From Flavobacteriaceae bacterium (lineage in GTDB: Bacteria > Bacteroidota > Bacteroidia > Flavobacteriales > Flavobacteriaceae): a DNA stretch of 64,000 nt. Position numbers and translations under genes: made by a program. Location of the stretch: assembly GCA_030683815.1 (NCBI GenBank), contig JAUXPJ010000018.1, forward strand, positions 55,410-119,409. Reading direction: 5' to 3'. Shown here in pieces: positions 36,942-45,509 of this stretch. Position 1 is the first letter of the stretch. Every line of letters starts with the position of its first letter. The notes beneath the pieces were generated by a model. That model saw nothing but the letters and a program-made list of their open reading frames with translations. It had not been told where the DNA came from and did no database searches.

Positions 36942-37021
36942 GAAATGAGAATTAAAAGTTAAAATGTTTAAAGTAGACTCTTAAACTTCCCGCTTTTCAC
37001 TAATTTTTAAATACTTGATAA

Positions 37022-38074
37022 TCAATTAAAAACCTCAAACAACTCAGGATTTAAAGCATTTTCTTGAATAGTAAATCCGGTAAAGTTTTTGATTTCTTCC
37101 AACTTTTGAAAAGTGAATTCTGATTGCCCGCAAAACGGTGCCCTTTTTTGCTGATGTAAATGATTTGCCAAATATTCTTGTTCTGTTTGTCCGGGTGTTG
37201 GAATAAAAAAGGCTTTTTTTCCTAATACAGATAAATCTAAAATGGTAGAATAGCCAGATCGAGCAATAATTAAATCGCTTTGATTGAGCACTTTATTTAA
37301 ATCGGCAGTAGTTAAATAATTATAGAAAGTAAACGGAAGCTCGTTTTTAAAATCTTCAGTATTGGAAACCACTCCGCGAATAAAACAAATGGTTCCGTTA
37401 AATTGGTTTAATTCCTTTAAAAGAATCTTTTCTAAAATAGTTCTTTGAGGTTCAGTACCTGATAATAAAACGCTTATATCATATTTTTTGGGGAATGATT
37501 GATGTTTCAATCGGCTTATTGCTCCAATATGTTTTGTCGGGATTTTAAGTCCGTTATTAGATGCCAATTTCCCGGCTAAATTTTGTGAAATGGAATCAGG
37601 AATCCAACATTCATCAAATTGATTGGTTATTTTACGATGTAAAAATGTGGATAAAAAAGTTGTAATTCCTGATAAAACTGTTAACTGATGTGTGATATAA
37701 ACTGATGGAATTCCTTTGCTGCAAATGCCAAATCGGTTATCGGAAATAATGCCATAAATATTTTCTATTTGGATGATTTCTTGCACTAAACGATGCTCTG
37801 TTCTCATCGTTTTTATAATACGCGGAATTTGTTTAAATAAATGCCATTGAAGATTCCCTTTTTTAGAATATCTAATATGATACGATGGCAATAAAATAGT
37901 TTTCAATTGCGGAAATTCATATTGCAGCAATGCCAATGCAGCTCCATCAGAAGCTAAAATGGGTTCCCATCCCCTTTCTAAAAAAGCGTTAATAATAGGG
38001 ATACAGCGCGTGGCATGGCCTAATCCCCAATTTAAGGGCGCAATCAGTATTTTTTTGGATGGATGAATACTCAA
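37022..38074 (-). CDS. Glycosyltransferase (GT-B fold, MurG/GT28-like)
   Basis: N-terminal PLNWGLGHATRCIPII and C-terminal ARSGYSTILDL resemble the MurG-type donor and acceptor motifs. Confidence 0.65.
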   Translation of the reverse strand: MSIHPSKKILIAPLNWGLGHATRCIPIINAFLERGWEPILASDGAALALLQYEFPQLKTILLPSYHIRYSKKGNLQWHLFKQIPRIIKTMRTEHRLVQEIIQIENIYGIISDNRFGICSKGIPSVYITHQLTVLSGITTFLSTFLHRKITNQFDECWIPDSISQNLAGKLASNNGLKIPTKHIGAISRLKHQSFPKKYDISVLLSGTEPQRTILEKILLKELNQFNGTICFIRGVVSNTEDFKNELPFTFYNYLTTADLNKVLNQSDLIIARSGYSTILDLSVLGKKAFFIPTPGQTEQEYLANHLHQQKRAPFCGQSEFTFQKLEEIKNFTGFTIQENALNPELFEVFN

Positions 38075-38239
38075 CTTTTTTTAAACGGAAAGATACGAGA
38101 TATTGTTTAAAAAGGTATCTAGTATTTGGTATCTAGTATCAAGAAATTAGTTATAAATGAAAAGTCAATAGAAAACTTTTAAACATTTTAACTTGATTAC
38201 ATTCAACTTAATTAAGTATCTTTAATCAAAAGAAAATTT

Positions 38240-38971
38240 ATGTTATCAAAAATTGCATTAGAAAACATCCTGTTTTTGGATATTGAAACTGTACCAGAAG
38301 TTTCTTCCTACGAAAAACTAAGTCCTGTTATGCAAGAATTATATGCCGCTAAAACCCAGTACCAACGCGGTGAGGAAGTAATGGCTGAAGATTTTTATTA
38401 CAAAGCGGGTATTTGGGCGGAATTTGGAAAAATTATCTGTATTTCTGTTGGTTATTTTTACAAAACAGAAACAGTTACTTTTAGGTTAAAATCATTTTAT
38501 GGGGAAGAGGTTGAATTATTGACGGCTTTTAAACTTATGTTAGAAACTCATTTTAGAGAACCTCATCATATTTTATGCGCCCATAATGGCAAAGAATTTG
38601 ATTTTCCATACATCGCGCGCAGAATGATTATCCATCAAATTTCATTGCCGGAAAAATTACAATTATTTGGGAAAAAACCATGGGAAATTGCTCATTTAGA
38701 CACGATGGAGCTATGGAAATTTGGTGATTATAAACACTATACTTCGTTGAAATTGTTAACAACGCTTTTGGGAATTCCATCTCCAAAAGAAGATATTGAC
38801 GGAAGCCAAGTAGCTCAAGTCTATTACAAAGAACAGGATCTTATGAGAATTGTGCGCTATTGTGAGGCAGATGTAATTGCTATTGCTCAATTATTATTGC
38901 GATTTCAAAACAAACCGATCTTAGCATCCTCTTCCATCATCTCTGTAACTGAAATGGGGAATAGGAATTAG
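38240..38971 (+). CDS. DEDD-type 3'-5' exonuclease (RNase H-like fold, PolB-exo-like)
   Basis: Exo I LDIET, Exo II HNGKEFDFPY, Exo III YCEADV. Confidence 0.7.
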   Translation: MLSKIALENILFLDIETVPEVSSYEKLSPVMQELYAAKTQYQRGEEVMAEDFYYKAGIWAEFGKIICISVGYFYKTETVTFRLKSFYGEEVELLTAFKLMLETHFREPHHILCAHNGKEFDFPYIARRMIIHQISLPEKLQLFGKKPWEIAHLDTMELWKFGDYKHYTSLKLLTTLLGIPSPKEDIDGSQVAQVYYKEQDLMRIVRYCEADVIAIAQLLLRFQNKPILASSSIISVTEMGNRN

Positions 38972-39058
38972 GAATTAGCGAAAAGTTCAAAGTCAAATTC
39001 ATTTTCAAATTTCCAAATGAGCCAATTAACCAACTTTCAACTTTCTAACATTCAACAT
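38958..39058 (-). repeat. Mosaic intergenic repeat, copy R2
   Basis: ATTAGCGAAAAG (38975-38986), TCATTTTCAAATT (38999-39011), AACTTTCAAC (39032-39041), in the same module order as R1. Confidence 0.7.
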
Positions 39059-40336
39059 TTATACATTTAAATCAAATCCGATATCGGTTCGGTAATACAT
39101 TCCTTCAAATTGTATTTTTGAAATATTTTGGTAAGATATTTTTAACGCTTCTTCCATATCAGTTCCGTAAGAAGTTACGGCTAAAACACGTCCGCCATTT
39201 GATACTATTTTTTCATTTTGAATTTTGGTTCCAGCATGAAAAACCATTGAATCAGTTACCTTTTCTAATCCAAAAATTTCTTTTCCATTTTGATAAGATT
39301 CAGGATATCCGCCAGAAACTAACATTACAGTTGCCACAGAACGATTATCAATCTCGATAGAATATTGATCTAAATTTTGTTGAGAAGTCGCAATCAGCAA
39401 CTCTAGAAAATCAGATTTAATTCGAGGTATCACCACTTCGGTTTCCGGGTCACCCATTCGCACATTATATTCAATTACAAATGGATTTCCTTCAACATTG
39501 ATCAATCCGAAGAAAATAAATCCGACAAAAGTAATATTATCCTGTTTTAAACCTTGTATAGTACGTTTTATAATGCGTTCTTCTACTTTTTGAAGGAATG
39601 CATCATCTGCAAAAGAAACGGGCGATACAGCTCCCATTCCGCCGGTATTTAATCCGGTATCACTTTCTCCGATTCGCTTATAATCTTTGGCGTTTGGAAG
39701 CGTAATATAATTTTTTCCGTCAGTCAAAACAAAACAACTCATTTCAATGCCATTCAGAAACTCTTCAACAACTACCTTTTTGCTTGCATCTCCAAATTTT
39801 TGGTCTTTCAGCATGGCAATCAACTCATCTTTAGCTTCTTGTAAATCTTCTAAAATTACTACTCCTTTACCGGCGGCCAAACCATCTGCTTTCAGTACAT
39901 AAGGAGGTAAAAGCGTTTCTAAGAAATTAAATCCATCTTCCAAGGTTTCAGCTGTAAAACTTTGATAAGCTGCGGTTGGAATTTGATGTCGATACATGAA
40001 TTCTTTGGCGAATTCTTTACTGCCTTCTAATTTGGCTGCATATTGTTGCGGACCAATAACAGAAACGTGTTTTATTTCATTATCGGATAAAAAATAATCG
40101 TGAATACCGGCTACCAAAGGAATTTCAGGACCGACTAACACTAAATTGATTTTATACTGAAGCACCACTTTTTTAATCGATTCAAAATTGAGGGTATCGA
40201 TTTCTAAATTCGTTGCAATTGTCGCTGTTCCGGCATTTCCAGGGGCAACAAATAAATTACCAATTTTAGAACTTTGTGCTAATTTCCATGCAAAAGCGTG
40301 TTCTCTTCCTCCAGATCCGATGATTAAAATGTTCAT
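39059..40336 (-). CDS. purD: Phosphoribosylamine--glycine ligase
   Basis: 425 aa; MNILIIGSGGREHAFAWKL N-terminus and ATP-grasp core. Confidence 0.97.
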   Translation of the reverse strand: MNILIIGSGGREHAFAWKLAQSSKIGNLFVAPGNAGTATIATNLEIDTLNFESIKKVVLQYKINLVLVGPEIPLVAGIHDYFLSDNEIKHVSVIGPQQYAAKLEGSKEFAKEFMYRHQIPTAAYQSFTAETLEDGFNFLETLLPPYVLKADGLAAGKGVVILEDLQEAKDELIAMLKDQKFGDASKKVVVEEFLNGIEMSCFVLTDGKNYITLPNAKDYKRIGESDTGLNTGGMGAVSPVSFADDAFLQKVEERIIKRTIQGLKQDNITFVGFIFFGLINVEGNPFVIEYNVRMGDPETEVVIPRIKSDFLELLIATSQQNLDQYSIEIDNRSVATVMLVSGGYPESYQNGKEIFGLEKVTDSMVFHAGTKIQNEKIVSNGGRVLAVTSYGTDMEEALKISYQNISKIQFEGMYYRTDIGFDLNV

Positions 40337-40444
40337 TTTTTTGTAGTTGTAAAGTAGAAAATTAAAATGTTTAAAGTTTCTTTTGTATAAGGCAACAGCA
40401 ATATAATTTTTAATTTTTCATTGTTAATTGTCCATTGTCAACAA

Positions 40445-41044
40445 CTACTTTCCCTTTCCGCTTAACACGACCCAAATAGTTGCAAAAATAATTTTACAAT
40501 CAGTCCGGAAATTTAAATTATTGAGATATTTAAGGTCATAACGGGCTCTTCTCAACATTTCTTCTAACGAATCTGCATAGCCAAATCTGATTTGACCTAA
40601 AGAAGTAATTCCGGGCTTTAATTCTTGTAATTCTTGGTATTTTGGTAAATATTGAATGATTTGTGTTAAAAATTGTTGACGTTCAGGCCTCGGGCCTACC
40701 AAACTCATTTCGCCTTTTAATACATTAAAAAATTGAGGGAATTCATCAATTCTATATTTCCGAATAAAATATCCTAATCTTGTAATTCTATCCCTTTCTT
40801 CACTGGAAAGTAAAGGGTCGTTGGTTGGAGGAACACCTTTCATACTTCTAAATTTGATAATTTTAAATGATTTGCCGTTAGCTCCAACCCGTTTTTGATA
40901 ATAAAAAACAAATTCATTAGAATCAATATATACTATTATAGCTATAAGAGGAGATAACCATGATAAAACAAAAACCAGTATGAAAAGAGAAAACATTAAA
41001 TCAAAAATACGTTTTCCATATTTTAAATACAGTGTTTTATTCAT
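40445..41044 (-). CDS. Undecaprenyl-phosphate sugar phosphotransferase (bacterial sugar transferase family)
   Basis: One N-terminal TM helix plus DEFPQFFNVLKGEMSLVGPRP motif. Confidence 0.9.
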   Translation of the reverse strand: MNKTLYLKYGKRIFDLMFSLFILVFVLSWLSPLIAIIVYIDSNEFVFYYQKRVGANGKSFKIIKFRSMKGVPPTNDPLLSSEERDRITRLGYFIRKYRIDEFPQFFNVLKGEMSLVGPRPERQQFLTQIIQYLPKYQELQELKPGITSLGQIRFGYADSLEEMLRRARYDLKYLNNLNFRTDCKIIFATIWVVLSGKGK

Positions 41045-41067
41045 TTGATTCGGAGGAATTGATATTA

Positions 41068-42750
41068 TTATTCAAAAATCTGTTCCAATATTTTTTCTGT
41101 GATGATATAAGTTGGCTTTACACCGGTAGTTCCTAATCCGCCAGAAGCTAGTGTGCTACCTGTTTCCAACGGATTATCAGAAGCATAATACGCATAGCGC
41201 ACTTTTACTTTTTGCGAAATATTACCTCTGATTTTGGATGCAGATTGAATTGCTTTTTGGTAATGTGCGCCCTCCATTTCAATACCTATTACATTCCAAG
41301 TTGAAAGGTGGAAGAACTTTAAAATATCTTTATTTTGTAGTGAAGTTCCTAAAACTGAAACCATTGGTCCTTCAAAAACTTCCAATCCGTGACCTTGAAG
41401 ATGTTTCTTTTTTAGCTGGTTTTTAAATGGATAATTATCCGCAGTTCCTTCAAAAATATGGGCTGTTGGAATCATAATATCGCCTTTTCCACCTTCTAAA
41501 ATTCCGGCTTTTCCCATAATAGAAATTGATTCTACATTGAGATATTGTGTTTTTTTATCATCGGTATAATATGGCTTTAAGAGCTCATCCATGGTTTCAA
41601 AAGCTTGTTCACCGAAAGCATAATCCATCACAATAATTACGGGTTTTTCTTTTTCAATATCCGAAGAACTGAATGTAAATTTTGTTTTAGAAAAATCGAT
41701 TTTAGCGGTATCAATTAGCTGCACATCAATTTGAGTACCCGAGGGTTCTTTAATAAATATCAATCCGTTTTGAGCGGCAAATTTTTGTATATTTTTACGC
41801 ATTGCTTCATTTTCTGAGGCACTGAGTTTTAAAAATAAATCCATTCTATTGCTTTCATTAAAATCATCTTTTAAAGCCATTGGCGCATAAATAGAATTCA
41901 TAACGCTGTGCATATTAGCGCTGATGATGTGAATTGGTCTGTGTAATAATTGATGCTCAGCTAACATTTTTTTGATGTTATTAGCCCAAATTTCGCCATA
42001 AATGTGATGTCCGATTTCTTCTCTTAAAATAGTACTGAAATTAATCGATCGTTTTTCATTGTGATATACTTCTCTCATGGCTAAATATCCCAACCAATAG
42101 ATGATGTGAAAAAACCGGTCCGGATATGTTGTCGTATGAAATGCATTATAAGCAGCCAGGGTTTCGTCATAAGTGCGTCCTAGAATACTGCCAATATGTG
42201 CTATTGTTATTTCGCGTTCTTCTTGAGAAAGTTTTTTATTATTGATTACAATATCTTCTAGAGATTTCCATTCTCTAATACTTTCTTTGCCTTCATTTGA
42301 AGTTACTTTTTGCATTATTTTATGGGATTCTATAAACAAAAAAGTGAGGTGTGTTAAAATATCATAGATATCAGACCGGCCACGCGTAATTTCAATATTC
42401 ATTTGATTTTTATCGATGCGGTAACAATTTCTTCTGCGTTTTGGAGGAATCATCACCTTAAAATTTGATTTTGAAAAACCTTCGTCGGCAGTTAAATTAA
42501 CAAATTGACATTCTTCTATCCCATCTGGCAGCCGTTCTAATACATAGATTAGTCCATTCAATTCTACCTTTTCTTCTGCGATTGAACCATATATTTCTGG
42601 GCGAAGTAATAATAATGACTCTCGCAATGAATCTCCGGAAATTCCCATGGGTTTATAAAATCCGCGCGAAAATAAATGGCGCATGGTGATATACATTTTT
42701 TCAATGGCTGCCGAGGATTCTTGTGCTCTTGATCTTCCTTTATTCTTCAT
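41068..42750 (-). CDS. Conserved hypothetical 560-aa protein with nucleoside-phosphorylase-like C-terminal region
   Basis: No TM or signal peptide. The C-terminal NVIGIEMEGAHY resembles the (V/I)EME(S/A) motif of PNP/MTAN/AMP-nucleosidase folds. The N-terminal roughly 350 aa are unrecognised. Confidence 0.4.
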   Translation of the reverse strand: MKNKGRSRAQESSAAIEKMYITMRHLFSRGFYKPMGISGDSLRESLLLLRPEIYGSIAEEKVELNGLIYVLERLPDGIEECQFVNLTADEGFSKSNFKVMIPPKRRRNCYRIDKNQMNIEITRGRSDIYDILTHLTFLFIESHKIMQKVTSNEGKESIREWKSLEDIVINNKKLSQEEREITIAHIGSILGRTYDETLAAYNAFHTTTYPDRFFHIIYWLGYLAMREVYHNEKRSINFSTILREEIGHHIYGEIWANNIKKMLAEHQLLHRPIHIISANMHSVMNSIYAPMALKDDFNESNRMDLFLKLSASENEAMRKNIQKFAAQNGLIFIKEPSGTQIDVQLIDTAKIDFSKTKFTFSSSDIEKEKPVIIVMDYAFGEQAFETMDELLKPYYTDDKKTQYLNVESISIMGKAGILEGGKGDIMIPTAHIFEGTADNYPFKNQLKKKHLQGHGLEVFEGPMVSVLGTSLQNKDILKFFHLSTWNVIGIEMEGAHYQKAIQSASKIRGNISQKVKVRYAYYASDNPLETGSTLASGGLGTTGVKPTYIITEKILEQIFE

Positions 42751-42794
42751 TTGTTATTTTTTTTATTGCTTACTAAAATACAGGATTTTGTTCT

Positions 42795-43190
42795 TTAATT
42801 TAAAAGATGTTGATGGTTTTCATGAATCGTTTGGATAAACTTTTCTAATAGCGTTTTCATTTTCACTTCAAGTTCTGTTGATTTCCACTCTTTGTTATCC
42901 ATAAAAGTAATGATAAAAACATAATTCTCCGACAATTCATCATATACCGCTTGTTTGTTTTTTCGATATGCTTCGCGCATTTGACGTTTAATTCTATTGC
43001 GATGAACGGCTTTTTTGATCAAGCGTTTTGGTACGGCTAAAGCCACTTGAGCAGGATATCTGGTGTCAAGTTCTGTTTTTAAATACAACAATCGGAATGG
43101 AAATATTTTGAGTTGTTTTCCTTCAGAAAATAATTGTTCGAACAAATTTTTACCGATAAGTCGCTCTTCCTTTGTAAACGTTTGTGACAT
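42795..43190 (-). CDS. rnpA: Ribonuclease P protein component
   Basis: 131-aa basic protein; KEERL start and the RNR motif region HRNRIKRQMREAYR. Confidence 0.9.
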   Translation of the reverse strand: MSQTFTKEERLIGKNLFEQLFSEGKQLKIFPFRLLYLKTELDTRYPAQVALAVPKRLIKKAVHRNRIKRQMREAYRKNKQAVYDELSENYVFIITFMDNKEWKSTELEVKMKTLLEKFIQTIHENHQHLLN

Positions 43191-43245
43191 ATTACATGCA
43201 AAACTACACTTTTTTTAAATAACTTTTGATGAAGATTTTAGTTTG

Positions 43246-43980
43246 TTATTTCTTAAGGGTTCTCATAAAATGAACAATCAACCAAATATCTTCATCTGAT
43301 AATTTTTTAGTAAATGAAGGCATATCGGCTCTACCGACTTTGGTTTTGTAAAATAATTCGCCATCCGTTTGAGATTGAAAAACAACGGAAGAAAAATCGC
43401 CTAAATCACCTTTCATGCTTTTAGCTTTTGCCCCATCACCTAAACCTTTAGAGCCATGGCAAGCTTTACAATGTAATGAATAGAGTTCTTTTCCAATTGC
43501 AATATTTTCTTTGTTATCAGCTGTTGGATTCTTTAGGTTTTTGTCCTTTGTAGGAACAACCCAATTGGAAGTGTTGACAATGGTTTTAGTTTCTTCTACA
43601 ACTACTGCTGCTTCTTTTTTAGTTTCTACAGCTTTTTCTACAATTTTCTCAACTACAACTTCTTTTTTAACAAGCTCTTCCGTTTTGATTTCAGGTTTTT
43701 TCTCTGTTGTGGTTTTTATAACTTCTTTTTCAATACTTTTAGTTACAACAGGGGATTTTGTTACAGGTTTAGCAATTTCTTCTTTCTGAACTTGTTTAAC
43801 TTCTTCTTTAATGTTTTCCAGCTCGTCTTTTTCTGTGAGAATAGCTGTAGTATCAACTCCATTTGATTTTACTATTACACTATCAATAGTGGTTGATGAT
43901 TCTTCTTGTTTTTCCTTTGAACCACAGCTTTGAATGACCATTACAAAAAAGATAAGTCCAAAAATTAGTACTTTGTTCAT
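43246..43980 (-). CDS. Monohaem class I c-type cytochrome lipoprotein with long Lys/Glu/Val/Thr-rich tether
   Basis: Lipobox VIQSC, about 110 aa of low-complexity linker, C-terminal domain with CKACHG and distal MPSF Met; paralogue of 44096-44491. Confidence 0.85.
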   Translation of the reverse strand: MNKVLIFGLIFFVMVIQSCGSKEKQEESSTTIDSVIVKSNGVDTTAILTEKDELENIKEEVKQVQKEEIAKPVTKSPVVTKSIEKEVIKTTTEKKPEIKTEELVKKEVVVEKIVEKAVETKKEAAVVVEETKTIVNTSNWVVPTKDKNLKNPTADNKENIAIGKELYSLHCKACHGSKGLGDGAKAKSMKGDLGDFSSVVFQSQTDGELFYKTKVGRADMPSFTKKLSDEDIWLIVHFMRTLKK

Positions 43981-44050
43981 GATTTTTTTGATTGAAAGAT
44001 TGTTTTCTAAGGTACAGAATTTTGATAACTATGTATTGAATTAAATTCAT

Positions 44051-44077
44051 AAAAAAACCGAAGAATCCTCCGGTTTT
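44051..44077 (-). terminator. Intrinsic terminator after the 131-aa cytochrome gene
   Basis: The minus strand reads AAAACCGGAGGATTCTTCGGTTTTTTT. Confidence 0.7.
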
Positions 44078-44095
44078 AATCAAACTTAAAATGTG

Positions 44096-44491
44096 CTATT
44101 TTTTTAAACTTCTCATGTAGTGGACGGTGAGCCAAATCTCTTCATCGTTTAATTTTTTAGCAAATGAAGGCATATCGGCTCTGCCTACTTTTGTTTTGTA
44201 GAATAATTCACCATCTGTTTGGGTGTGAAAATCTGCAGAAGAGAAATCACCTAAATCACCTTTCATACTTTTTGCTTTAGTACCATCGCCTAAACCTTTT
44301 GCTCCGTGGCAAGATTTACAATGTAGGTTGTAAAGTGTTTTTGCTTCATTCAGATTTTCTTTAGAGGCTTCTACAGGGTTTTTAGCTTTTTTATCTTTTT
44401 CAGGCACAACCCATTTGTCTTGGTTAACTGTAAAAGAAACCAATGTTATTGTAAAAACTGCTGCCATCAAAATAATTCCAAATTGTTTCAT
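44096..44491 (-). CDS. Monohaem class I c-type cytochrome (signal-anchored or periplasmic)
   Basis: 131 aa; N-terminal hydrophobic segment, CKSCHG haem motif, conserved GELFYKTKVGRADMPSF. Confidence 0.85.
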   Translation of the reverse strand: MKQFGIILMAAVFTITLVSFTVNQDKWVVPEKDKKAKNPVEASKENLNEAKTLYNLHCKSCHGAKGLGDGTKAKSMKGDLGDFSSADFHTQTDGELFYKTKVGRADMPSFAKKLNDEEIWLTVHYMRSLKK

Positions 44492-44516
44492 ATGTTTATA
44501 TTTATTGATTATTAAT

Positions 44517-44542
44517 TGGCGTCCGTCAGCTGACGGACGCCA
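44517..44542. promoter_or_regulatory. 26-nt perfect GC-rich palindrome TGGCGTCCGTCAGCTGACGGACGCCA
   Basis: Perfect self-complement, 25 nt upstream of the start codon of the 131-aa cytochrome gene and downstream of the 281-aa gene. Confidence 0.6.
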
Positions 44543-44657
44543 GTTTGATTTAAATTTCTTTATTATTGATTACTCCACTAAATTTTATTTGTTTTTGTGT
44601 TCAGTGATTGCTTCGCAATTGTATTTTGCAAACATAGCTATTTCATAATTTTCTTTT

Positions 44658-45503
44658 TTAAGATTTACTGATTTTCTTTAAATTTATTATTAAATATAAA
44701 AAAATTCCCAGAATTCCCAATAAAATTAAGTTAGGAAATATCAGAAAGAATTTTGGTGTTTTATTAACTGGAGACCACATGGTGCGTTTGTCAAAAGTTG
44801 ATAAGTCAGTCCCTTTTATTCCAAAATCTGCGTTCATCAATGCTCTTACTGTTCCATATTCATCATGTTCTTCTAACACTACTTCAAAGATTAAATTACC
44901 ATCAAAACTGTGAAAATCTTCTTCAATCGGAACACTAATTTCGCCAGCTTCATCCGTATAATATGTGCCGTCACCCACACCCAATCCCTTAATCAATCGT
45001 CTAACCTGAACTTTTAATCCTTCTTCAGCAATTGGGTTACCTTGGTTGTCTTTTAAAAGAGCAGTAATTAGTTTACCGTCATCATTTAGAGTTAATTCAG
45101 CGAAAAGATTTACATCTTTAAAATAGAGAGACTCTGTTGTATCTTCAAATTTTAAATGATTGGTTGTTCTGAGTTCAATGGTGTTTTCAGCTTCTATAAT
45201 TCCTTTAGGAAAAATATATATTGCTACTCCATGCATATCAGTCATACCTTTACCAAGAAGCGTCTCTACATCTCCAATTTTATAAATTTCAAAAGGGATA
45301 TTTTTAGCTTCTTCCCATCCATCTTTACCTTTAAAACTGGTAATTATTTTGATAAAAGAATCTCCGTCAACAATCTTATTATATGTTAAAGAAATACTTA
45401 AACTTTGTTTTTCTTCTTGAGCATTGCTGTTAAATGCGCTAAGAACAAAAGTCATCACCAATAAGATGGATACAAACGATTTTATTTTCTGTATTGTTTT
45501 CAT
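44658..45503 (-). CDS. Exported hypothetical protein with two beta-sandwich-like repeats and a C-terminal TM anchor
   Basis: Signal peptide ending SNAQ, two similar segments (GKGMTDMHGVAIYIFPKG and YYTDEAGEISVPIEED), C-terminal FFLIFPNLILLGILGIFLYLII helix; 6 nt downstream of the NrfD-like gene. Confidence 0.5.
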   Translation of the reverse strand: MKTIQKIKSFVSILLVMTFVLSAFNSNAQEEKQSLSISLTYNKIVDGDSFIKIITSFKGKDGWEEAKNIPFEIYKIGDVETLLGKGMTDMHGVAIYIFPKGIIEAENTIELRTTNHLKFEDTTESLYFKDVNLFAELTLNDDGKLITALLKDNQGNPIAEEGLKVQVRRLIKGLGVGDGTYYTDEAGEISVPIEEDFHSFDGNLIFEVVLEEHDEYGTVRALMNADFGIKGTDLSTFDKRTMWSPVNKTPKFFLIFPNLILLGILGIFLYLIINLKKISKS

Positions 45504-45509
45504 AATCTT

